Source: Candidatus Altimarinota bacterium (GTDB lineage Bacteria > Patescibacteriota > Gracilibacteria > 1-14-2-50-48-13). Taken from it: 64,000 nt of DNA. Location: contig JBKBWQ010000001.1 of NCBI GenBank assembly GCA_046314355.1, forward strand, positions 1,088,001-1,152,000, in the 5' to 3' direction. Of this stretch, positions 30,989 to 40,219 are shown piece by piece. Both the position numbers and the translations under genes were made by a program. Under the pieces are notes generated by a model. That model searched no databases. It was not told the origin of the DNA and worked only from the letters and a program-made list of their open reading frames with translations. Each line of letters starts with the position of its first letter. The stretch's first letter is position 1.

Positions 30989-31302
30989 GCGTACTTTGAA
31001 ATTAGAAAGAACACGAGATACAAGAATAGTACGCGAACGCTTCCATTTAAAAGTCCTCAATTTTCAATAAGATCTTGTTCCTTGAAATAAAGAAAAAATT
31101 CGGTTTAGGATGCAATAATTCCTATGCTAAAGATGTAGTTTGAACTTTCATTAGTTCTTACGAATGTTACATAAGTTGCCTATTTTAGGTAGCTCTTCGT
31201 CAAATAAACGTACGAAGGGTACTTGCGACAGTACGATAAAGTACTTTTTAGTACTGTATTGATCGCCTTATAAAATGTTTTATCTATTATCTTTCACACG
31301 CT
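30989..31302 (+). promoter_or_regulatory. About 315-nt structured 5' leader of the S-layer mRNA
   Basis: GCGTACT(30989)/AGTACGC(31028) stem at the predicted TSS. Further hairpins GTTGCCTA/TAGGTAGC (31175-31193), CTTCGT/ACGAAG and ACAGTAC/GTACTGT (31228-31257). Confidence 0.5.
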
Positions 31303-34300
31303 ATGGTGAATTCTATTGGATTCGCACGACGCGCTGTTGCGGGTGTCGCTACTGCTGCTATTTTAGCCACGCAGTTAGTTACGGCTCCATTCGCAGCTGC
31401 ACAGACTGCAGAGTTCTCTGACGTTCCTTCTGATCATTTCGCACATGACTATATCTACGAGCTTGTAGATATGGGAGTTGTTAGCGGAAATCCAGATGGT
31501 ACTTTCAGACCAAATGCATACCTTAACCGAGCTGAAATGGCAAAAATTGCTACAAAGCTTGCAACTATCTCTGGTGTTATTGCTGATGCAGATGATCTTT
31601 CCAACGCTCCAAGCTTTTCAGATGTTTCATCTGATGTTTGGTTCTACGGATACGTAAGTGCTGCCGCTAAAAACGGCATCTTCGAAGGATATCGTGATGC
31701 AGCTGGAAACCTTACAGGAATGTTCGGACCATCTGACACAGTTCTTCGATCTCAGGCTGCGAAAGTTCTTATGATCGCTGCTGGTGTGCCTACGAAGATG
31801 ACTCCTGCTGCACCTTTCGTGGATGTAAATCCATCTGATTGGTTCTACGGGTATGTTACTTCTGCATACAACTGGTCTATACTTGACGGATACAAGGATG
31901 CTGCCGGAAACCTTACTGGTTACTTCGGACCTGCAGACCCTGTAACTCGAGGACAGATCGCAAAGATTGGAGTTAATTCTCAGAGCCCAATTGACCGATA
32001 TACACAGGTTCCATTGGGTAATATGAATACAAATAATGCAAATACTAACACAGGAACTGGTTCTAACATGAACTCTAACGTTCCTATGTCTAATGCATCA
32101 TTTGAAGCAGCTCTTTCTTCTTCTACTCCAACTGGAGTAACTCTTGCTACTGGTACAGCTTTCAACACTGTTGCTAAGATTGACCTTACAGCAGGAACTC
32201 AGGAAGATGTAAAGGTTAGTGCTATTACTATCATGCATCGAGGACTTTCTCCTGACTCTATTGTCAATGGAGTACTCGTTGTAGATAAGGATGGAAACAG
32301 ACACGGAAACATTGTTTCTTTCTCTGATTCTAAAGCAACTGTAGATTTTTCTAGTAACCCAATCATGGTTGCTAAAGGAACTACTCATACAATTGCAATC
32401 CAGACTAACTTCAATGCAAGCACTAACTTCAGTGGTACTTACAAAGCTGAAATTCCTGCAAATGGAATTATGGCTTGGGGTGCATCTACTGGAGGTCTTG
32501 TAAAGGTTATGGGAACTTTCCCAATCTCTGGACCTGAGTACGCTCTCGTTTCAGGTAGTAACATTGCTGCTTTCTCTGTAGAACAAGGAACTAACCACGG
32601 TGGTCAGAACCTTGATCTTGGAGTAACTAACCGACCTGTTGCATCATTCAAGTTTGAGATGGGAAACTCTAACGAGTCTATCCTGATCTCTGAGCTTACT
32701 GTATACAACAATGGTACAACTGCTGATGGTGATGTAAAGAACCTTAAGCTTATTGACCAGGGTGGTGTAGTACTTGCTACTGCTGATCAGACTATGAACC
32801 GCTATGCAACTTTCAAGTTCGCACAGCCATATGAGATCAGTAAGGGAAATTCTCGTACTCTTGATCTCGTTGTAGACGTTGTAAATGGTTCTTCACGAAC
32901 TGTGGAGTTCCAGATACTTAATGACTACGATGTTAAAGTGAAGGGATCTGCTTCTCAGGCATTCCTTCTTCCTACTAATCCAGAAGACTTTCCACTAAGT
33001 GGAAGTGCTGCTTCTACTATTAATCCAGGAACCCTTATCCTATCTAGATCCACTACTTCTCCATCTGGAGAAATCTCAAATGGTGCTGATGATACAGTAC
33101 TTGCTGAGTTTAAAGTAGAGGCATTCGGTGAAGATATCGAGATCCGAGGTGGTGATCTTACTCTTGACTGGACTGTTGCAAACCCAACTACCGGAACGGT
33201 TCGTCTTATGACTTCCTCTGGTCAGACTCTCCATTCTGTAACTTCTACTGAATTTGCAGATGGTGTTGCTGAGAGTGCTACAACATTCAATAGCTCTTAT
33301 ACAGTTAAGGCTGGTTCTACAACTACGCTTCGCGTTGTTGCAAATATCAACGAGTCTGCTGCAAATGGATCAACTATCATTGCATCTCTTGAGAATCTTA
33401 GATACAAGAGACTATCTTCAAATCAGTTTTCTACTACAACAGGAGATGCTGACGGAAATAGTTTGACTGTGTCTACTGCTACTGTTACTGTTTCCAAGAA
33501 CACATCTACAGCAAGTGAAGATGTTGTTGCTGGAGGAGTATCACAGGCAATCGGATCTTTCAATGTGAAAGCTACAAACTCTGGTAACGTGAATATCACT
33601 TCTGTGAAACTTAATGTTGCACATAGTGAGCATATCACTAACTTGAAGTTGAAGAATGGAAATACATTCCTTGGAACTGCAATTGCAGCTCCTGCAGCTA
33701 CAAACAACAACTTCAGCTTTGCTGGACAACTTGTTATCCCTGCTGGTCAGACTGTAACTCTTACGGCTTACGCTGACATCAAGACTGGAGCTACTGCAAC
33801 TGATGATATCGTAGTTACTGTTCCTCAGGATGGAGTAACAGGTACTGCAAACAACAGTGATGTTTCTGCTCCTGCAGCTGATGTTGCTCTTCAGAGCTTT
33901 AACATTGCTACTGCTGGAATTGTAACTCTCTCTACTACAAACACTGTTTCTAATAGCCGAGTAGTTACATCTGGTGCTACAAACGAGTCTATTCTTTCTT
34001 TCAAGGCTAAGGCTGCAGATCGAGAGGCTATGATTCTTAATAAGTTAACTGTAAAGATCTACGATACTAGTGCTAATGGTGCACCAGGAAGTGTAGAATC
34101 TGTAGTTATCAAGAAGGATGGAGTAAATATTGCTGCTCCTTCAACTCTTATCCTTGCGGGTGGAGTATACACTGTAGAGTTCACTGGTCTTAACCAGGAA
34201 ATTGCTCGTAACGCTGAGGCACAGTATACTGTTGCTGTAAACCTTACGAACAACAATAATGCATTCATTGCTGGTGGTGTAATCACTGCTAGTATCGTTG

Positions 34301-34878
34301 CTTATGAAGCTACAGGTAAGTCTTCTGGACAGCTTAACAACAACACGAATATCGCTACTGACGAGGCTACTGGTTCTGTCCAGTTGACTCTTCATAAGGT
34401 AACTCCTGTTATTGCTAAACAGTCTATCCCTACTACTGCAGTTCCAGGAACTACAACTACGGTTGCTAAATTCTCTGTAACAGCAAATGGTAGCGAGACT
34501 ATGCAGATCAATGAACTTAACTTCACTGTTGGAGGAAATAAGGCTGCTGCGATTACTAACGCACACCTTTATCGAATCTCTGGTGGGTCTGAAGTTCTTG
34601 TAGCTACTAATCATACTACAACTGCTGATGATGAAGTTAGTGGTGTACTAGTAGTAACTCTTACTGGAACAGAACTTGTTTCTGTTGGTGAGACTATTAC
34701 ATATGTACTTAAGGCAAATACATCAATGGTAATGAACAATGGTGTAGACCCAGCACAGGAGACTGCTTCTGTAGGACTTACTATGCCAGCTAATGGCTTC
34801 GAGTATTCTTATGGAACTGGACCAACTAATGCTACTGCTCCAACTAACGAAATCGTATTTGAGACAGTTACGTTCTAA
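31303..34878 (+). CDS. S-layer protein: signal peptide, three SLH domains, N/T linker, about six beta-sandwich repeats
   Basis: FSDVPSDHFAHDYI...GNPDGTFRPN..LNRAEMAK and two more SLH units. Repeats VAKIDLTA/VASFKFEM/LAEFKVEA/IGSFNVKA/ILSFKAKA/VAKFSVTA. Strongly biased codon use. Confidence 0.88.
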   Translation: MVNSIGFARRAVAGVATAAILATQLVTAPFAAAQTAEFSDVPSDHFAHDYIYELVDMGVVSGNPDGTFRPNAYLNRAEMAKIATKLATISGVIADADDLSNAPSFSDVSSDVWFYGYVSAAAKNGIFEGYRDAAGNLTGMFGPSDTVLRSQAAKVLMIAAGVPTKMTPAAPFVDVNPSDWFYGYVTSAYNWSILDGYKDAAGNLTGYFGPADPVTRGQIAKIGVNSQSPIDRYTQVPLGNMNTNNANTNTGTGSNMNSNVPMSNASFEAALSSSTPTGVTLATGTAFNTVAKIDLTAGTQEDVKVSAITIMHRGLSPDSIVNGVLVVDKDGNRHGNIVSFSDSKATVDFSSNPIMVAKGTTHTIAIQTNFNASTNFSGTYKAEIPANGIMAWGASTGGLVKVMGTFPISGPEYALVSGSNIAAFSVEQGTNHGGQNLDLGVTNRPVASFKFEMGNSNESILISELTVYNNGTTADGDVKNLKLIDQGGVVLATADQTMNRYATFKFAQPYEISKGNSRTLDLVVDVVNGSSRTVEFQILNDYDVKVKGSASQAFLLPTNPEDFPLSGSAASTINPGTLILSRSTTSPSGEISNGADDTVLAEFKVEAFGEDIEIRGGDLTLDWTVANPTTGTVRLMTSSGQTLHSVTSTEFADGVAESATTFNSSYTVKAGSTTTLRVVANINESAANGSTIIASLENLRYKRLSSNQFSTTTGDADGNSLTVSTATVTVSKNTSTASEDVVAGGVSQAIGSFNVKATNSGNVNITSVKLNVAHSEHITNLKLKNGNTFLGTAIAAPAATNNNFSFAGQLVIPAGQTVTLTAYADIKTGATATDDIVVTVPQDGVTGTANNSDVSAPAADVALQSFNIATAGIVTLSTTNTVSNSRVVTSGATNESILSFKAKAADREAMILNKLTVKIYDTSANGAPGSVESVVIKKDGVNIAAPSTLILAGGVYTVEFTGLNQEIARNAEAQYTVAVNLTNNNNAFIAGGVITASIVAYEATGKSSGQLNNNTNIATDEATGSVQLTLHKVTPVIAKQSIPTTAVPGTTTTVAKFSVTANGSETMQINELNFTVGGNKAAAITNAHLYRISGGSEVLVATNHTTTADDEVSGVLVVTLTGTELVSVGETITYVLKANTSMVMNNGVDPAQETASVGLTMPANGFEYSYGTGPTNATAPTNEIVFETVTF

Positions 34879-35003
34879 TTGAACTTCTCTGAATCATTAC
34901 TATGACGTCAGTAGTTCTATGAACTACAAAACGACCCTTGTGGTCAGCCATTTCAGACTCGGTTCTCTCTCCTATGAGGTATGAGGGACAGGTATGATAC
35001 GAT

Positions 35004-35036
35004 AAGCCCTTTCGTCTTCGGACGGAGGGGCTTTTT
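35004..35036 (+). terminator. Intrinsic terminator of the S-layer gene
   Basis: GCCCTTTCGTC-TTCG-GACGGAGGGGC-TTTTT. Confidence 0.9.
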
Positions 35037-35158
35037 CGTATATAAATTTTTGTATTACTTTGAATTCAAAATGAATGCTATAAGACAGAAGCGCATCCTG
35101 ATATTGTAATTCATCTTTGAGCAGGTATACTTTCTAGGATTAATTTCTATATCTTTCT

Positions 35159-35956
35159 ATGCCGTTTCCAGACATTTCTCCTTTTATTATCCAGATAGGT
35201 AACTTTGGTATTCGCTGGTACAGCATGATGTATCTTATAGGATTTATTTTAGCATGGATCTATTATAGCTTTATTTTGCTTCCTAAGGGTGAGTTCCCAG
35301 TAAAGAAGGAAAATATACCTGATATGCTCTTCTATGCCTTTATAGGCCTTTTAATAGGCGCTAGGACGTTTTATATGTTCTTCTATAACCTTGAGGGATT
35401 ACTAAATAATCCTTTAAGCTTTTTTGAAGTATGGAATGGCGGACTTTCTTTTCATGGAGGTCTTCTAGGAGTAGTGACTGCAATGTATATCTTTGCAAAG
35501 AAGAATAACTTCTCACCTCTCTACTTAGGAGATAGAATAATCCTGCCTATACCTTTAGCACTATTTTTTGGTAGAATAGGCAATTTTATAAATGGCGAGT
35601 TATATGGAAGGGTAGTTAGTCCTGATACATTTTCATGGTGTGTGGTCTTTCCTGCGGGAGGTGATGTCTGTAGATATCCATCCCAACTCTTTGAAGCTGT
35701 AGGGGAAGGGCTTCTTATATTTATTATAATTAATATAGCCTTTTGGATTGGATTAAAGAAAAGAATAGGAGCTACTTTGGGACTATTTTTTGTATGTTAT
35801 GGCGTGATACGGATGCTTCTTGAATTTACGAGAGAGCCTGATGCTCAAATAGGCTTTTTATTCCAGTACTTTAGTATGGGACAACTTTTAAGTATACCGC
35901 TCATCCTTATCGGGTTGATTCTCATGTTCCTTCCTGCTAAGCTTCGGAGGAAATAG
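35159..35956 (+). CDS. lgt: Prolipoprotein diacylglyceryl transferase
   Basis: IRWYS, GGLSFHGGL, GRIGNFINGELYGR, RYPSQLFE, EFTREPD. Confidence 0.96.
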   Translation: MPFPDISPFIIQIGNFGIRWYSMMYLIGFILAWIYYSFILLPKGEFPVKKENIPDMLFYAFIGLLIGARTFYMFFYNLEGLLNNPLSFFEVWNGGLSFHGGLLGVVTAMYIFAKKNNFSPLYLGDRIILPIPLALFFGRIGNFINGELYGRVVSPDTFSWCVVFPAGGDVCRYPSQLFEAVGEGLLIFIIINIAFWIGLKKRIGATLGLFFVCYGVIRMLLEFTREPDAQIGFLFQYFSMGQLLSIPLILIGLILMFLPAKLRRK

Positions 35957-35982
35957 AAACTTTATTTTTTATAAAAAGTATT

Positions 35983-36579
35983 ATGAAGATTTCGCTTGCT
36001 GTGCGCAGTACATTGGCTATTGGTCTTGGAATAATGGTTTTTGCTTCATGTACGCCTGCTGAAGTAAATACAGGATCTGGTGCAAGATTTTTGCTAGGTA
36101 GCAGTACGGCTCCAGTTAAAATAGTAGAGTTTGGAGACTTTCAATGTCCTGGATGTAAGTTTTTCCACGATAGTATTCTCCCTGAAATCAAAGCTGAATA
36201 TATCAGTACAGGAAAAGTAGAGTTTGAATATAAGGATTTCCCAGTCCATGCTACAGCTCCTATCGCTCATAATGCTGCTCATTGTGCTGCGGCTCAAGGT
36301 AAGGCTGAGGAATATATGGATCAGCTTTATGCGAACATTGATGCTCAGACAATAGCAGATCTTAAAATCTATGCTGATAAAGTAGGTCTAGACAAAGATA
36401 TGTTTGGCAAATGTGTAGACAGTAATGAATTTGCAGGTACTGTAAAAGCAAATCAGAATGAAGGTATCTCAAAAGGTGTCAGCGGTACACCGACTGTATT
36501 TGTAAATGGAGTAGTAGTTCCATCTATTTCAGATGCAGATATATTAAAGAAAGCAGTTGATCAGGCTTTAGGTCAGTAA
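35983..36579 (+). CDS. DsbA-family thioredoxin-fold lipoprotein
   Basis: Lipobox FASC, EFGDFQCPGC, GVSGTPTVFVNG. Confidence 0.9.
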   Translation: MKISLAVRSTLAIGLGIMVFASCTPAEVNTGSGARFLLGSSTAPVKIVEFGDFQCPGCKFFHDSILPEIKAEYISTGKVEFEYKDFPVHATAPIAHNAAHCAAAQGKAEEYMDQLYANIDAQTIADLKIYADKVGLDKDMFGKCVDSNEFAGTVKANQNEGISKGVSGTPTVFVNGVVVPSISDADILKKAVDQALGQ

Positions 36580-36585
36580 TAATAG

Positions 36586-36618
36586 AAAAAACCTCTGCAT
36601 TTATGCAGAGGTTTTTTT
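36586..36618. terminator. Bidirectional intrinsic terminator
   Basis: AAAAACCTCTGCAT-TT-ATGCAGAGGTTTTTT between convergent genes. Confidence 0.85.
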
Positions 36619-36622
36619 ATAC

Positions 36623-38782
36623 TTATTTTCCTAGTAACATTTGAAGTTTTCCAAGCCTTAAAGTGTCGTATGAATACTTTCCTTTGAGGTGCTCAAATAT
36701 AGGTTTTAACTGCTCGGTTTGAAGAATACTGAATGCTGTTTTGATTTCTTGGGAAGTCTCGGCAGGTAATATCTGCTCCTTCAATTCAATATGTTCTCCA
36801 GCATTAATGAGCTCCTCAATATGAGTAATAATGGTACTAATAGTAAGTGAGCGAGCTTTTGCCGCATCTTGAATACTCATAGTCTCAAGGAGTCTCTTTG
36901 TTTCTATGCACGAACGAACTTTTACTTTTCCTGACTTTGTTTTTGTTTGAATACTTTCAGGGACCTCATGTTCTTGAGCAAATTTTTCAATTACTTCTAG
37001 AAACTGACTACCCAGATCTGCTAATTTTTTATCTCCAACACCAGAGATTAAAGCAAGTTTGTCTAGACTTCTTGGCATCTTGCTAGCCATTTCCAAGAGA
37101 GTCTTATCTCCAAAAATAATAAATGGAGGAACATTTCTAGAATCGGCTATCTGCTTTCTAAGCTTCCTAAGAAGCTCAAAGAGCTCTTGAGAATCCGTCT
37201 GAGTTGTCTTTGTGTCTTCTGTGTCTACATCGTATGTAATTGGAGCTAGGATGTCTATTGTTTCTTTGTTCTTTAAGAACTGAATGCCTTTTTCAGTGAG
37301 CTTAACAATTCCCGATGCATATTCGAGATCTATCCTTTTTAGATACTCATTTTTTATAAGTTCTTCGGCTATATGCTGTAGAAGCTCTTTTTTATATTCT
37401 TTGCCTATACCGTAGACAGAAAGATTTGTATGACCTCGTTCAATAATAAGAGCACGTTTTGAGCCTCGGAGAACATCAATAACGTAATGCATACCAAAAC
37501 GTTCTCCTGTTTTGATAATTGCAGAGAGTATTTTCTGGACGATAACTGTAGCATCAAAACGTGTCTGAGTGGTGGTACAGATATCACATTTGCCGCATTC
37601 TTCCTGCTCCCATTTTTCACCGAAGTATTCCAGCAGATATTTTCTCCGGCAAGTGGTAATCTCTGCGTATTTCATCATGAGCTGGAGTTTTTCTCTACTA
37701 TGTTCACGCTCCTCAAGACTTTCTATTTTATTTATAAAGTAATCAAGAGTGCCTTTGTCAGAGCTGCTATAGTAGAGTACACATTCGCTTTCCAAACCGT
37801 CTCGCCCGGCACGTCCAGTCTCCTGGTAGTAACCTTCAATACTTTTTGGCAAATGATAATGTACAACAAGTCTTACATTTGGTTTATCTATACCCATACC
37901 AAAGGCAATGGTTGCAACTATAATCTTTACTTCATCTTTCTGAAAGAGTTCCTGTGTCCTTTGGCGCTCTTCACTGCTCATACCTGCATGATATGCTCTT
38001 GCTGAGAGCCCTTTGGCCTTCAATTCACCTGCCAGGCGCTCAGTATCTTTACGTGATAGACAGTAAATAATACTTGAATCATTAGGATATTTTCTCAATA
38101 GGCTTAAGAGCTCTTTATCTGCATGACTTTTATGCCGTACTGTATATTTGAGATTTCCTCTATTAAAACTTGAGAGATGGATATAAGGATCCTTCATCTC
38201 AAGCTGTTTTACTATATCTTTTTGTACTGTTTGAGTAGCAGTAGCTGTCAGTGCGATAACAGGAACATGTGGAAAGAGAGCCTTTCGTACTGTTTTAAGA
38301 TTTCTGTATTCAGGGCGAAACTCGTGCCCCCATTCAGAAATACAATGTGCTTCATCTACAGCAATAAGCTTAATGGGAAGGGAAGAGAGAAATCTTTGAA
38401 ATTCTGGTAATGAAAGTCTCTCGGGTGCTACATATAGCAGCGTAATCTGACCTGATTGTAATTTTCTCTCAATATCTTTTACTTCATCTGCTGTGAGTGT
38501 ACTATTTAAATATGCAGCATTAATGCCGTTTGCAAGCAGTGCATCCACCTGGTCTTTCATAAGAGCTATAAGAGGAGAAATGACCAATGTCAAAGTTCCT
38601 AAAGCAAGTGCAGGTATCTGGAAACATAGAGATTTACCACCACCTGTAGGCATCAATACTACTGTATCTCTTCCCGTAAGAATCGTTGAAATTATCTGTT
38701 CCTGAGAATCTCTAAAGTTTTCATAGCCGTAATAATGCTTTAAGAGCGAATGTATATTCTGAGTCATAGGAAAGTTATGCAA
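36623..38782 (-). CDS. recQ: ATP-dependent DNA helicase RecQ
   Basis: MPTGGGKSLCFQ, VDEAHCISEWGHEFRP, QETGRAGRDG, Zn-binding CRR...CGKCDIC, RQC, HRDC, C-terminal HTH. Confidence 0.96.
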   Translation of the reverse strand: MHNFPMTQNIHSLLKHYYGYENFRDSQEQIISTILTGRDTVVLMPTGGGKSLCFQIPALALGTLTLVISPLIALMKDQVDALLANGINAAYLNSTLTADEVKDIERKLQSGQITLLYVAPERLSLPEFQRFLSSLPIKLIAVDEAHCISEWGHEFRPEYRNLKTVRKALFPHVPVIALTATATQTVQKDIVKQLEMKDPYIHLSSFNRGNLKYTVRHKSHADKELLSLLRKYPNDSSIIYCLSRKDTERLAGELKAKGLSARAYHAGMSSEERQRTQELFQKDEVKIIVATIAFGMGIDKPNVRLVVHYHLPKSIEGYYQETGRAGRDGLESECVLYYSSSDKGTLDYFINKIESLEEREHSREKLQLMMKYAEITTCRRKYLLEYFGEKWEQEECGKCDICTTTQTRFDATVIVQKILSAIIKTGERFGMHYVIDVLRGSKRALIIERGHTNLSVYGIGKEYKKELLQHIAEELIKNEYLKRIDLEYASGIVKLTEKGIQFLKNKETIDILAPITYDVDTEDTKTTQTDSQELFELLRKLRKQIADSRNVPPFIIFGDKTLLEMASKMPRSLDKLALISGVGDKKLADLGSQFLEVIEKFAQEHEVPESIQTKTKSGKVKVRSCIETKRLLETMSIQDAAKARSLTISTIITHIEELINAGEHIELKEQILPAETSQEIKTAFSILQTEQLKPIFEHLKGKYSYDTLRLGKLQMLLGK

Positions 38783-39530
38783 TGCTTTTATGCCAATCCT
38801 CGAGGGTATTTATTCCAAGAGCTGCCTGTGGATTTAAAATTGTTCTGATTGACCTGCCATCTGAGAGAGCTGAGCGGTATAGATCAGTAATACCGAATTC
38901 TTTTGTAGTATCATGTTTTTCGAGTAATTGCGCAATTTTTTCTTTTATATAAGCTACTTCTAAAATACAAAGCCCAGTTAGATAGTAGCCTTTTTCCTTT
39001 TTTGCATCTTCAATTGAGACAAATTCGCTATCATATTTTGGAATGTAAGACATTTTATGTACATTGGGGTTATACTTATCTGTGACGCTGAGAGTAATAT
39101 CTGCACCTGCAGTACTATGACTATGAAGTAGAGACTGTACTGTATGTGCATAGTATGAAAGACTATCATCACCATTGAGTACAACTAATCTTGAGGTATA
39201 AGCAGGCAAATTTTTAAGAAAAGTCTCCAATGCTCCTCCAGTACCGTTTAGTACGTGCTGAATTGCTATCTTTGTATTGCTGCCAATGTAAGCTTCTACA
39301 CTCTCTCTTTTATGACCGACCATTACAGTAGTATTTGAGTGATTGAAACCTGAATTAAACAGGGATTTAAGAGCATAACTAAGAATAGGTTTTCCTCCTT
39401 TAGAAGGTAAGAGCGATTTTTGGAAAGGAAGTTCTCCTACTCTGCTTCCTTTGCCTGCCGCAAGTATAAGTGCTTCCGTTGCGTGAGTATTCATAAATAT
39501 AGCGAAAGAAAATAAGGTTAATGTAGACAT
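38775..39530 (-). CDS. NTP-transferase (GlmU/MobA/LicC-like sugar-phosphate nucleotidyltransferase)
   Basis: LILAAGKGSR...K.LLP, Q..LNGTGGAL, VLNGDD, GINTLED. Alternative ATG at 39494. Confidence 0.85.
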   Translation of the reverse strand: MSTLTLFSFAIFMNTHATEALILAAGKGSRVGELPFQKSLLPSKGGKPILSYALKSLFNSGFNHSNTTVMVGHKRESVEAYIGSNTKIAIQHVLNGTGGALETFLKNLPAYTSRLVVLNGDDSLSYYAHTVQSLLHSHSTAGADITLSVTDKYNPNVHKMSYIPKYDSEFVSIEDAKKEKGYYLTGLCILEVAYIKEKIAQLLEKHDTTKEFGITDLYRSALSDGRSIRTILNPQAALGINTLEDWHKSIA

Positions 39531-40219
39531 TCGAGGATAGGCATCTTAGTTGGATGATTCATTTGAAAATAATCTTTTAATAGATCTCTTTTTATAAATA
39601 CTAAAGAATCAAATTCTGGATCATGCTCTTTGAGGAAGCGCATATGGATTTCATCTTTTGTAAGAGATGTTTTTCCATGAAAAACCAATGCAGTATTCAG
39701 AATACTTGTCTGGACACAGCCATCTAGCTCCATTGATAAAAGTACATCTTCAGTGATTCCTGTCTCCTGAAGCAGTTCTAGTTTTGCCATAGAAAAAAGA
39801 TCCTGCCCTTGTGTAAGGACTATTTCATCTGGAGTATAAGCTCCTCCAACTATAAGATCTCTTTTTTTCTGTTTTCCAAAAATGACATAATTATCTATGC
39901 TTTCTATTAAGATAGAACAGCAAAGTGAATTTGGAAAATATTCGGAACTATATTCATTACCTACATATTGCGCGGGGATACCTTTTGCTTCTCTGTAGCT
40001 GAGAGTAGAAAGAGTAAGGTGTAAAGTATCTGAGGATATGTATGATACAAGCCTATAGCATCTTCCATTAAAGACCGTAGGAACTTTTTCTAGAAGTTTT
40101 TGCCAATTTTCCTCGATAGACTTTTCTATGTGAGAGTCTGTCATTCTCTTTATTTGAGTATGCTGAATTGTTATCTGTTCTGGGAGATACTGTTTGCGAA
40201 ATAGAATGGAGTAAGTCAT
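39518..40219 (-). CDS. NUDIX-like hydrolase
   Basis: VFNG..YRL N-terminal extension and a degenerate Nudix box GGAYTPDE...MAKLELLQETGI. ATG 40219 chosen. Confidence 0.65.
   Translation of the reverse strand: MTYSILFRKQYLPEQITIQHTQIKRMTDSHIEKSIEENWQKLLEKVPTVFNGRCYRLVSYISSDTLHLTLSTLSYREAKGIPAQYVGNEYSSEYFPNSLCCSILIESIDNYVIFGKQKKRDLIVGGAYTPDEIVLTQGQDLFSMAKLELLQETGITEDVLLSMELDGCVQTSILNTALVFHGKTSLTKDEIHMRFLKEHDPEFDSLVFIKRDLLKDYFQMNHPTKMPILECLH

Noticed and set aside
31620-31950. DNA-level repeat inside the S-layer gene as a DGR template/variable pair
   Set aside because: It is explained by tandem SLH domains. The differences are not adenine-specific and no reverse transcriptase is present.
34885-34960. 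tRNA gene after the S-layer gene
   Set aside because: Cloverleaf-like shape only, with no D-loop GG, T-loop TTCGA or CCA. Kept as an unknown structure.
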